This document shows, in pieces, positions 17,177-25,326 of a stretch of 33,222 nucleotides of DNA. Under the pieces are notes generated by a model, which did no database searches, was not told where the DNA came from, and saw only the letters and a list, made by a program, of their open reading frames with translations. The DNA lies in assembly GCA_041497735.1 (NCBI GenBank), contig JBGQHA010000002.1, positions 1 through 33,222 on the forward strand, given 5' to 3'. Positions within the stretch are counted from its first letter, which is position 1; each line of letters opens with the position of its first letter. The translations under genes were made by a program, and so were the position numbers. The stretch is from Dehalococcoidia bacterium (GTDB taxonomy: Bacteria > Chloroflexota > Dehalococcoidia > DSTF01 > RBG-16-68-14).

Positions 17177-18857
17177 CGCCCCTCCCCCGCGTCTTTTCTT
17201 GACCGGCTTCTCGGGCGCCGGTAAGTCCGCCGTCGCTCCGCTGGTCGCGCAGGCGCTCGGGCGGACGGTCGTCGACACGGACCAGCTGATCGAGCAGAGC
17301 GCGAGCAGGCCGATCTCGGAGATTTTCACGCGCGACGGCGAAGCGCGCTTTCGCGAGCTGGAGCGCGACGCCTTGCGACGCGCCGTACAGGAGAACAGCG
17401 CTGTCGTCGTTGCCGTCGGCGGCGGCGCGATGCTCTCGGCAGAGAACCGGCGCGCCATGGCCGCAGCGGGGCTCATCGTCTGCCTAGAGGCACGTCCCGC
17501 GACGATCCTCGAGCGCCTGCGCCGCGGGGACGTGCCCGTCGAAGAACGCCCGCTGCTCGCCGGCAGCGATCCGCTGCCGAAGATCGTGGAGCTCAAGTCG
17601 CGCCGGCAGAAGTACTTCGCGCTCGCGGACTACGTCATCGATACGGACGGCAGTACGCCCCAGCAGGTCGCGGACGAGGTCATCGCAGCGGTTCGCGCGT
17701 CCGACCCCTGGTTCGCGCAACACCCCGATCGGCTGCTGCTGCCCGAAGAGCGCGCAGGCGCCGGTGCGGAGAAGCCCGTGTGGGTGAATGCGCCGTCCCG
17801 CCGCTATCCGGTACACGTCGGCTGGGGCGCGCTCGACCGGCTGGGCGAGCTGTTGCGCGACCAGGGCCTGTCCGGCGCGGCGTGGATCGTGAGCGACAGC
17901 GAAGTACTGCCACGCCACGGCGATCGCGCGCTGCTCTCGCTCCGAGAGGCCGGCTTCGCGGCCGATGCCTTCGCGATCACGGCCGGAGAGGCGAGCAAGA
18001 ACCTCGAGGTCGCCGGTACGGTGTACGACTGGCTCGTCTCCAAGCGCGCCGAGCGCGGTCATGCGGTCGTCGCGCTCGGCGGCGGTGTCGTCGGCGACCT
18101 CTCGGGCTTCGTCGCCGCGACGTATCTCCGCGGCCTGCCGTTCGTCCAGGCGCCAACCTCGTTCCTCGCGATGGTGGACGCCTCGATCGGCGGCAAGGTC
18201 GCCGTCGATCACCGGAGCGGCAAGAACCTGATCGGCGCGTATTACCAGCCGTGGCTCGTCGTGGAAGACGTGTCGCTGCTCAAGTCGCTGCCGCGCCGCA
18301 TGCTCGCTGAAGGATGCGCGGAGGCGATCAAGCACGCGCTCATCCGCGATCCGCAGCTCCTCGACGACATGGAGGCGCGCGCGGACGACCTGCTGCACCT
18401 CGAGCCCGCCGTCACGGTCGACATCGTCCGGCGCAACGTCGCGATTAAGGCCGCGGTCGTCTCGGAAGACGAGCGCGACACCGGCATGCGCGCCATCCTG
18501 AACTACGGGCACACCGCCGGCCACGCGATCGAGGCCGCCGGAGGGTACACCCAGGTGCTCCACGGCGCCTCCGACGCGATCGGCATGACCGCCGCCGCAG
18601 AGATCGGCCGGCGCATGGGCGTGACGCCCGAGCGCGTCGTCGAGCGGCAGCGCGCTGTCCTCGAGCGCTACGGTCTGCCAACGCGCGCGCCCAGGGGCAT
18701 CGATCCGCGGCGCGTGCTCGACGCGATCGCGCTCGACAAGAAGGTGGCGAAGGGCAGCGTGCGCTGGGTGCTGCTCGAGGATATCGGGCGGCCGGTGCTG
18801 CGCTCCGACGTGCCGCCGGAGCTCGTGCGCGAAGTCGTGGAATCTATACTCCCCTAA
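17169..18857 (+). CDS. aroKB: Bifunctional shikimate kinase / 3-dehydroquinate synthase (AroK-AroB fusion)
   Basis: I trimmed track ORF 17088..18857 to the ATG at 17169, giving 562 aa. The N-terminal roughly 170 aa are shikimate kinase (LTGFSGAGKSAVAPLVA Walker A, VVDTDQLIE, VVAVGGGA). The remainder is AroB (VALGGGVVGDLSGFVAATYLRG, PTSFLAMVDASIGGKVAV, KNLIGAYYQP, EAIKHALI, LNYGHTAGHAIE). Confidence 0.92.
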   Translation: MASAPPPRLFLTGFSGAGKSAVAPLVAQALGRTVVDTDQLIEQSASRPISEIFTRDGEARFRELERDALRRAVQENSAVVVAVGGGAMLSAENRRAMAAAGLIVCLEARPATILERLRRGDVPVEERPLLAGSDPLPKIVELKSRRQKYFALADYVIDTDGSTPQQVADEVIAAVRASDPWFAQHPDRLLLPEERAGAGAEKPVWVNAPSRRYPVHVGWGALDRLGELLRDQGLSGAAWIVSDSEVLPRHGDRALLSLREAGFAADAFAITAGEASKNLEVAGTVYDWLVSKRAERGHAVVALGGGVVGDLSGFVAATYLRGLPFVQAPTSFLAMVDASIGGKVAVDHRSGKNLIGAYYQPWLVVEDVSLLKSLPRRMLAEGCAEAIKHALIRDPQLLDDMEARADDLLHLEPAVTVDIVRRNVAIKAAVVSEDERDTGMRAILNYGHTAGHAIEAAGGYTQVLHGASDAIGMTAAAEIGRRMGVTPERVVERQRAVLERYGLPTRAPRGIDPRRVLDAIALDKKVAKGSVRWVLLEDIGRPVLRSDVPPELVREVVESILP

Positions 18858-18864
18858 CCGAAGC

Positions 18865-19140
18865 ATGAAGCGTCTCCACGCCATCGTTCGCGGGAGAGTG
18901 CAGATGGTGGGCTTCCGCTATTTCGTGATCGAAGAGGCGCGACGGCTCGGCCTCACCGGCTGGGTGCGCAACGGCGACGATGGTTCGACATTGGAGGTCG
19001 TCGCGGAAGGTGACGAGGCCGCGCTGCGCCAGCTCGAGCAGGCCCTCCACGCCGGGCCCTCAGGCGCTCGCGTCGAGGCGCTTGATGTGGCCTGGTCGGA
19101 CGAGTTGGACGGCTACGACTGGTTCGACCTGCGTGGGTAG
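18865..19140 (+). CDS. acyP: Acylphosphatase
   Basis: 91 aa. Motifs VRGRVQMVGFRYFV, LGLTGWVRNGDDGSTLEVVAEG. Confidence 0.9.
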   Translation: MKRLHAIVRGRVQMVGFRYFVIEEARRLGLTGWVRNGDDGSTLEVVAEGDEAALRQLEQALHAGPSGARVEALDVAWSDELDGYDWFDLRG

Positions 19141-19163
19141 GGGCGGTTCGCGAACCGCCCCTA
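19138..19163. terminator. Perfect 26-nt palindrome shared by convergent acyP and hisS; candidate bidirectional terminator without a U-tract
   Basis: TAGGGGCGGTTCGCGAACCGCCCCTA equals its own reverse complement (checked by hand). The first TAG is the acyP stop (19138-19140) and the last CTA is the hisS stop on the minus strand (19161-19163). It folds as an 11-bp GC-rich stem with a 4-nt loop. Confidence 0.5.
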
Positions 19164-20432
19164 CGAGTCCCCTACCGCCTGCGCCACATCAGGCTCCGCC
19201 ACCGTTTGCTGCTGGCTGTCGCGCATGTCGCGCAGCGTCACCTCTCCCCGCGCGAGCTCTTGTTCGCCCAAGATCGCGACGTAGCGCGCGCCCAGCGCAT
19301 CAGCGTGGCGGAGCTGCGACTTCAAGCTGCGTCCCGTTCCCACCACAGCGGAGATATCATTCGCGCGTAAGCGGTGCGCCAGGCGCAGCGCCGCCTGTCG
19401 CGCCGCCTCCGACATGTGCGCGACGTACACGCGCAGCGGCTCGATCTCCGGCACCGGCGCCTGCTGGCGCTTCATGTTGATGATCAGCCGCTCGATGCCG
19501 GAACCGAAGCCGATGCCCGGCGTCCGCCTCCCGCCCAGCAGCTCAATCAGCCCGTCGTAGCGCCCACCCCCACCGACGGCGGACTGCGCTCCCTCCTCCG
19601 GCGGGTGAAACTCGAACACGGTGCGCGTGTAATAGTCGAGCCCGCGCACGAGCCGCGGGTTGATCTCGTACGCGACGTCCAGCGCATCGAGGTGCGAACG
19701 CAGGCCCGCGAAGTGCGCCGCGCAGTCTTCGCAGAGACGCTCCGAGATCACCGGTGCGCCCGCGATCGCTCCCTGACACTGCGGCTGCTTGCAATCGAGC
19801 AGCCGCAGTGGGTTCTTCTCGTAGCGCATCCGGCAGTCCGCGCAAACCGTGTCGAGCAACTGCCGGTAGTACGCGCGCAGCGCTTCGACATAGGCCGGCC
19901 GGCAGGTCGCGTCGCCGATGGTGTTGAGCTGCATCGTCAGGCCGCGCAAGCCAAGCGCCTGGTAGAAGGTCGACAGCATGTCGATCACCTCCGCGTCCAC
20001 CAACGCGTCGCTGTCGCCAATCGCCTCCACGCCGAACTCCGTGTGCTGGCGGTAGCGCCCTGCCTGCGGCCTGTCGTAGCGGAACTTCTGCGCGAAATAG
20101 AAGAGCCGGACCGGCTGCGGCCAGCTCGACATGCCGTGCTCGACGTAAGCGCGGCAGACGGCCGCCGTCGTCTCAGGCCGTAGCGCCAGCCGGTCGCCGC
20201 CGCGGTCCTCGAAGACGTACATCTCCTTCTCGACGACCTCCGTGCCCTCGCCCGTGCGCAGCCAGATGCGCGCGTCCTCGAACATCGGCGTCTCGATGGC
20301 GCGGTACCCGAACAGCCCCGCGACGCGCTCGCCCGTGCTGCGGACGAAGCGCCAGTACGGCTCGTCCTCCGGCAGCACGTCGTTCGTGCCGCGCGGCGCC
20401 TGAAAACGCACGGGCTTAGATTCGTCGGCCAT
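19161..20432 (-). CDS. hisS: Histidine--tRNA ligase
   Basis: Class II aaRS HisS motifs: RGTNDVLPED, FRYDRPQAGRYRQHTEFGVE, GGGGRYDGL. I prefer the internal ATG at 20432 (MADESKPVRFQAPRGTND) because it gives the usual N-terminal length. The track ORF starts 13 codons earlier, at 20471. Confidence 0.94.
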   Translation of the reverse strand: MADESKPVRFQAPRGTNDVLPEDEPYWRFVRSTGERVAGLFGYRAIETPMFEDARIWLRTGEGTEVVEKEMYVFEDRGGDRLALRPETTAAVCRAYVEHGMSSWPQPVRLFYFAQKFRYDRPQAGRYRQHTEFGVEAIGDSDALVDAEVIDMLSTFYQALGLRGLTMQLNTIGDATCRPAYVEALRAYYRQLLDTVCADCRMRYEKNPLRLLDCKQPQCQGAIAGAPVISERLCEDCAAHFAGLRSHLDALDVAYEINPRLVRGLDYYTRTVFEFHPPEEGAQSAVGGGGRYDGLIELLGGRRTPGIGFGSGIERLIINMKRQQAPVPEIEPLRVYVAHMSEAARQAALRLAHRLRANDISAVVGTGRSLKSQLRHADALGARYVAILGEQELARGEVTLRDMRDSQQQTVAEPDVAQAVGDS

Positions 20433-20510
20433 CGCGAGGCAGCATAGCGAAGGCGCTCTTCTGGACGCCATCGGCAGGCGTCAGCCCGCCTATGATAGAG
20501 TGGAATCGCG

Positions 20511-22712
20511 ATGGCCGTTGCCCGTATAGACCAGGAGGAAGGTCTCCAGCAGCTCCTCCAGCGCGCAGGCGCCTACCTGCCCCAGAAGCGGCTTCGCCTC
20601 GTCGAGGAAGCCTATCGCTTCGCCGCCGAGTGCCATGAAGGGCAGAAGCGGCGCTCCGGCGAGCCCTACATCATCCACCCGCTGGACGCCGCGATGACCG
20701 TGGCCGAGCTTCAGCTCGACGCCGCCACCATCGCGGGCGCGCTGCTTCACGACGTCCAGGAGGACTGCGGTGTGCCGAACGCCGAGCTGAAGCGGCGCTT
20801 CGGCGCTGAGGTGGCGAAGCTGGTCGACGGCGCGACGAAGCTCGACCAGATCGCGAAGCGCTCCGCGGACCCGGACGCCTTCGACGGCGACCTCCAGGCC
20901 GAGAATCTCCGCAAGATGTTCCTCGCCATGGCGGAGGACATCGGCGTCGTCATCATTAAGCTTGCCGACCGTCTGCACAACATGCGCACGCTGCAGTACC
21001 TGGAGCCCGCGAAACAGCTCCGCACCGCTCAGGAGACGATGGAGATCTACGCGCCCCTCGCGAGCCGCCTGGGGATCGCGCAGATCAAGTCTGAGCTGGA
21101 AACCCTTGCGTTCAAGTACCTCAAGCCCGAGCGCTACGAAGAGATGGTCAAGCTCGTCGCGTCGAAGCGTTCGACTCGAGAGCGCTACATCGCCCAGATC
21201 GACGGCATGTTGCGCGCCGAGTTCGAAAAACATGGCATCGAAGCGCAGGTGCAGGGCCGGGCAAAGAACCTCTATAGCATCTACACCAAGATCCAGAAGT
21301 ACGCCGAGCAGGGGAAGACGTTCAACGAGATCTACGACCTGCTCGCGCTGCGCGTGCTGGTCAACACCGTTTCCGACTGCTATGCCGTGCTCGGTATCGT
21401 CCATGGCCTCTGGCGGCCCATCCCGGGCCAGTTCGACGACTACATCGCCAACCCCAAGGACCGCGTGTACCAGTCGCTGCACACGACGGTGATGTGCGAA
21501 GGCGCGCGGCCGCTGGAGATCCAGATCCGCACGCACGAGATGCATCAGCTCGCCGAGTACGGCGTCGCCGCGCACTGGCGCTACAAGGAGGGCAGCCGCC
21601 CCGACGCGCACTTTGAGGAGCGACTGTCATGGCTGCGCCAGCTGCTCGAGTGGCAGCGTGACGTGTCACGCGCGGAGGACTTCGTCGAGTCGGTGAAGAC
21701 CGACATCTTCCAGGACCAGGTCTTCGTATTCACGCCCAAGGGCGAGATCAAGGACCTGCTCGCCGATGCCACGCCGATCGACTTCGCCTTCCGCATCCAC
21801 ACCGACCTCGGCTACCACTGCATCGGCGCGAAGGTCAACGGCCGCCTCGTCGCGCTAAACGAGCCGCTCAAGAACGGCGACGTCGTCGAGGTGCTCGTCG
21901 GGCGCAGCTCGCGCGGCCCTTCGCGCGACTGGCTCAACCGCAACCTGGGGTACGTCAAAACCAGCCACGCGCGGCAGAAGATCCGCCAGTGGTTCCGCAA
22001 ACAGCAGCGCGAAGAGAACATCGAGAAGGGCCGAGAAGCGCTCGAGAAGGAGCTACGCCGCATGGGCGTAACGCTCGCTCAGTGCAAGGATGAGTTGCTG
22101 AAGAAGCTCCGCTACGAGTCACTCGAGGACTTCTACGCAGCGCTGGGCTTCGGAGGCGTCAGCCTCCACCAGGTCGCCCAGCGCCTCGAACGCTATCTCG
22201 CGCCCGAAGAGCCACGTCCTGCGCCTGTCATGCCTTCTCGCCTGCCCATTTCGCCGACCGGCATCCAGGTGCTCGGCACGGGCGACCTGCTCACGCAGGT
22301 CGCGCGCTGCTGCAACCCTGTGCCCGGAGATAAAATCATCGGCTATGTGACGCGCAGCCGCGGCGTCACCGTCCACAGAACCGACTGCTTCAACGTGATC
22401 CACGAAGACGAGCGCCAGCGCCTCGTCGATGTCGCCTGGGGCCAGACGGGTGAGCTCTATCCCGTCGCGGTGCAGATCGAAGCGTTCGATCGCGTCGGCC
22501 TGCTGCGCGACATCAGCACGGTGATCGCCGAAGAGCAGGTGAACATGGTCGCCGTGACCACGCAGGAACGCGACGACCGCACGACGTTCATCGCGCTCAC
22601 GCTCGAAACGCGCGGCGTCGACCAGCTCAGCCGCGTCCTGATGAAGCTCGAAGCCGTCCGCGGCGTGCTGAGCGTGGCGAGGACGATCAACCCGGCGCGA
22701 AGAGCATCCTAG
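20511..22712 (+). CDS. rel: Bifunctional (p)ppGpp synthetase/hydrolase, RelA/SpoT (Rel) family
   Basis: 733 aa. HD hydrolase domain (HPLDAAMTVAEL, LLHDVQEDC), synthetase domain (GRAKNLYSIYTKI, DLLALRVLV, YQSLHTTV, EIQIRTHEMH), TGS domain (VFVFTPKGEIKDL..GATPIDFAFRIHTDLG) and a C-terminal ACT domain. Confidence 0.96.
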   Translation: MAVARIDQEEGLQQLLQRAGAYLPQKRLRLVEEAYRFAAECHEGQKRRSGEPYIIHPLDAAMTVAELQLDAATIAGALLHDVQEDCGVPNAELKRRFGAEVAKLVDGATKLDQIAKRSADPDAFDGDLQAENLRKMFLAMAEDIGVVIIKLADRLHNMRTLQYLEPAKQLRTAQETMEIYAPLASRLGIAQIKSELETLAFKYLKPERYEEMVKLVASKRSTRERYIAQIDGMLRAEFEKHGIEAQVQGRAKNLYSIYTKIQKYAEQGKTFNEIYDLLALRVLVNTVSDCYAVLGIVHGLWRPIPGQFDDYIANPKDRVYQSLHTTVMCEGARPLEIQIRTHEMHQLAEYGVAAHWRYKEGSRPDAHFEERLSWLRQLLEWQRDVSRAEDFVESVKTDIFQDQVFVFTPKGEIKDLLADATPIDFAFRIHTDLGYHCIGAKVNGRLVALNEPLKNGDVVEVLVGRSSRGPSRDWLNRNLGYVKTSHARQKIRQWFRKQQREENIEKGREALEKELRRMGVTLAQCKDELLKKLRYESLEDFYAALGFGGVSLHQVAQRLERYLAPEEPRPAPVMPSRLPISPTGIQVLGTGDLLTQVARCCNPVPGDKIIGYVTRSRGVTVHRTDCFNVIHEDERQRLVDVAWGQTGELYPVAVQIEAFDRVGLLRDISTVIAEEQVNMVAVTTQERDDRTTFIALTLETRGVDQLSRVLMKLEAVRGVLSVARTINPARRAS

Positions 22713-22717
22713 CGCCC

Positions 22718-23332
22718 GTGTACCGCAGCCTTGCGCTCGCGACCCTCCTGCTCGGAGGGTCGTTCCTCGTCACCGGCTGCGCCGGCTCCTCTTCGCAAGC
22801 TCCCGCACCGACACCAACGTCTGCGAACACATCGATCGACGCCCCAGCCGCCACGCCGACCGCGGCGCCAACGCCGCACGTCGACGCGAAGGTGGTCGAG
22901 ACGCTCACGACCGCGCTGTCGTCCGGCAGCGCAGCAGTGATCCGCCCCTACATCGGCTACCTGCCGATCGGCTGCAGCCCGCAAGCGGCCAGCGCCGCGC
23001 CTCTCTGCGCCACCAACGTCGCAGATGGGACCCAAACCGCAGCGTTCTACTTCTCCAACTGCGAAGGCCACTATCTCGCACCGGCCGAGATCCAGGAACC
23101 ACTCGATCTGATGGCAGCGATGCGGCTCGATGCTTTCTACGTGCTGCCGGCCGCCGGCCAGCCGTCCGGCCAGTACTCCGCCGTCCTCGTCGATCAGCGA
23201 CCGGAAACCGCGGGCCTGGCCTGGGAGGCGATCATCGATGACGAGCACATCGTCGCGTTGATCTTTAGTTGCACGCTCACGCCGGAAGCGCTCGTCGCGC
23301 TGCGGCACTACGGCCCGCCCGTGCAGCCGTAG
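22718..23332 (+). CDS. Hypothetical lipoprotein
   Basis: 204 aa with a GTG start 5 nt after the rel stop. Signal peptide with lipobox (LLLGGSFLVTGC), followed by a Pro/Thr/Ala-rich linker. Confidence 0.65.
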   Translation: MYRSLALATLLLGGSFLVTGCAGSSSQAPAPTPTSANTSIDAPAATPTAAPTPHVDAKVVETLTTALSSGSAAVIRPYIGYLPIGCSPQAASAAPLCATNVADGTQTAAFYFSNCEGHYLAPAEIQEPLDLMAAMRLDAFYVLPAAGQPSGQYSAVLVDQRPETAGLAWEAIIDDEHIVALIFSCTLTPEALVALRHYGPPVQP

Positions 23333-23333
23333 C

Positions 23334-23522
23334 TCAGCGCTCGGAGCGCGGCCCGCGCGGCCTCGATCGCCGGAGCAGGCCCCGCTTCGCGGCTGGAGGT
23401 TGTTCTTGGCGCTGAAGGTCGGAAATGACGACCGCCGCGATGAAGATGGCAGCTGCGAGCGTCAGCAGCGCGATGACAGCGAGAAGCGATGAGGGAGGCG
23501 CGCCGGCGTGCAGCAGCACCAT
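23334..23522 (-). CDS. Possible small single-pass membrane protein downstream of the HD-GYP gene
   Basis: 62-aa ORF whose ATG lies 8 nt after the HD-GYP stop. One clear hydrophobic helix (LLAVIALLTLAAAIFIAAVVI) and a basic tail. In high-GC DNA it could be a chance ORF. Confidence 0.3.
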   Translation of the reverse strand: MVLLHAGAPPSSLLAVIALLTLAAAIFIAAVVISDLQRQEQPPAAKRGLLRRSRPRGPRSER

Positions 23523-23530
23523 GCGATGTG

Positions 23531-24958
23531 CTACGCCGCCCGCTCGACGCGGTCGCCGCTGGGCCGCTCGCCCGATACCGCGACGAACGCGTCGACCGCC
23601 GCCGGGTCGAACTGGATGCCCTTCTGCCGAACGACCTCCGCCATCGCCTCCTCGTGGCTCAGGACATCTCGGTACGGCCGCTTCGATGTCATCGCGTCGT
23701 ATGCATCGACGACACTGATGATGCGCGAGAGCAGCGGGATCTGGTCGCCGGCGATGCCATCCGGGTAGCCGCTGCCGTCGTAGTGCTCGTGGTGGTGGCG
23801 GATCACCCCCGCCAGCTCGCTGAGCGCACGCACCTTGGCCGCGATCTCATAGCCGCGTTCGGTATGCGACTGGATGATTGCGAACTCCTCCGCCGTCAGC
23901 GGGCCGGGCTTGGCCAGGATCGAGCTGGGAACACTGATCTTGCCCACGTCGTGCATCTGCGCGGCCAGCCCCAGCGCGCGCAGCTCCTGCGGCGCGAGCC
24001 CGAGCCGCTGCCCAACCGCGATCGCGTAGCCGGAGACGCGGCGCACGTGACCGAACGTCTCGCGGTCCTTCGCCTCTACCGCATCGACCAGCTCCACGAT
24101 CGGCTGCTGGAGCCCTCGGTTTAGCTGCGCCAGCGCATCACGCATCGACAGCGCATCAGCGATCGCGCGCAACGTGCCCGCGCGCCGCACCTCGATCGCC
24201 CAGCCGGCGAACAGCACCAGGAACGCGGTGCCGTACAGCCCGTGATAGAACCACCACGAAAGCTGCCACACCTTGCCCCAGACGATGATCACCTGCACTT
24301 CGAGCAGGATGACGAGCGTAGCGATCATCGCGAGCTGCGACGGAAGCCGCGCGAAGAGATAGGCCTGGTAGTAGCGCCATACGGCGAACGCTGTGAGGGC
24401 CAGCGCGGCGAAGCCGGCCGCCAGCTGGTTCGTCCGGCTGCTGATCGGGACCCAGTCCAGCCAGTGGGCGGTCGGCTCCCAAATGCTCAGCCCAATGTAG
24501 GCGAAGATCGCCACCACGGCGAGGCCGAACACCGCCTTGCCGTTGTCCTCGATAATGTGCTCGAACCGATGGGGCAGGCCGATGACACTCAGCGCGACGA
24601 ACGCCGATCCGGCGAACGCGCTCAGCCAGGCCGAGACCCCGAGCGACGCGTAGTACTCATCGTGGATAAAGCCCGGCGTGTCCAAGCCATGCACGGCGAA
24701 GATGCCGGCGACCGAAAAGAAGGCGAGGCCGAGGAAGACCAGGCGCGTGCTGCTGAGCGTGCGCGCCGACGCCATCACCACCGCGCACGCCAGCGCCGCC
24801 GCCAGCGACGTGAAGCCGACGACGTAGAAGTGGAAGTGCGTCGCGATGATCTGGTGATCGTACTGGGGAAAGGCGCGCAGGAAGCCGAACGCCGCCAGCG
24901 GTGACAGCAGCACCGCAATTCCAAGTCCCGTCAACCATGTGGGAGCCCGTTCGCCCAT
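23531..24958 (-). CDS. Membrane-bound HD-GYP domain protein (putative c-di-GMP phosphodiesterase) with an 8-TM N-terminal module
   Basis: 475 aa with about eight hydrophobic helices in the first 270 aa. C-terminal HD-GYP motifs: HVRRVSGYA, AAQMHDVGKISVP, IIQSHTERG, IRHHHEHYDGSGYPDG. Confidence 0.88.
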   Translation of the reverse strand: MGERAPTWLTGLGIAVLLSPLAAFGFLRAFPQYDHQIIATHFHFYVVGFTSLAAALACAVVMASARTLSSTRLVFLGLAFFSVAGIFAVHGLDTPGFIHDEYYASLGVSAWLSAFAGSAFVALSVIGLPHRFEHIIEDNGKAVFGLAVVAIFAYIGLSIWEPTAHWLDWVPISSRTNQLAAGFAALALTAFAVWRYYQAYLFARLPSQLAMIATLVILLEVQVIIVWGKVWQLSWWFYHGLYGTAFLVLFAGWAIEVRRAGTLRAIADALSMRDALAQLNRGLQQPIVELVDAVEAKDRETFGHVRRVSGYAIAVGQRLGLAPQELRALGLAAQMHDVGKISVPSSILAKPGPLTAEEFAIIQSHTERGYEIAAKVRALSELAGVIRHHHEHYDGSGYPDGIAGDQIPLLSRIISVVDAYDAMTSKRPYRDVLSHEEAMAEVVRQKGIQFDPAAVDAFVAVSGERPSGDRVERAA

Positions 24959-25016
24959 GCCAGCCTCGATACTTAAGACAGTCTTTATGAATTATCGGCC
25001 GGACGGCGGACGCAGC

Positions 25017-25310
25017 TTAGGGACGGGCCGCTTCGACGCACCGGACCCCTCGCGGCCCGACGATCGCCGCATGAGGCGTCCGCGACGGTATCTCCAGCCG
25101 GGCGCCGGGGCCCAGTTCGAACTCGCCGGCGGGCGTCGTGAACCTGATCGAACCACTTAGGCAGTAGAGGACCTTGAAATAGGGATGTTCGTGCCGGCCA
25201 TAGCGGTCGCTCGGCCCGTTCGACCACCAGCGCAGCGCCAGCCCCTCGTCGCGCAGGAGACGCTCGAGCCGCTCCTCGGAGGGAGGCTCAGCGAACGGCC
25301 ACGGTGTCAT
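25017..25310 (-). CDS. Cupin domain protein
   Basis: 97 aa. Cupin motifs G(X)5HxH-like (GRHEHPYFKVLYCLSGS) and GPGARLEIPSRTPH. Confidence 0.75.
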   Translation of the reverse strand: MTPWPFAEPPSEERLERLLRDEGLALRWWSNGPSDRYGRHEHPYFKVLYCLSGSIRFTTPAGEFELGPGARLEIPSRTPHAAIVGPRGVRCVEAARP

Positions 25311-25326
25311 CGAAGGCCCGCCAGCG

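Noticed and set aside
20433-20510. T-box or other leader riboswitch upstream of hisS, and a shared regulatory region with rel.
   Set aside because: The divergent spacer is only about 40-78 nt, far too short for a T-box leader. I saw only a TATGAT-like -10 candidate (20491-20496), which is not enough to annotate.
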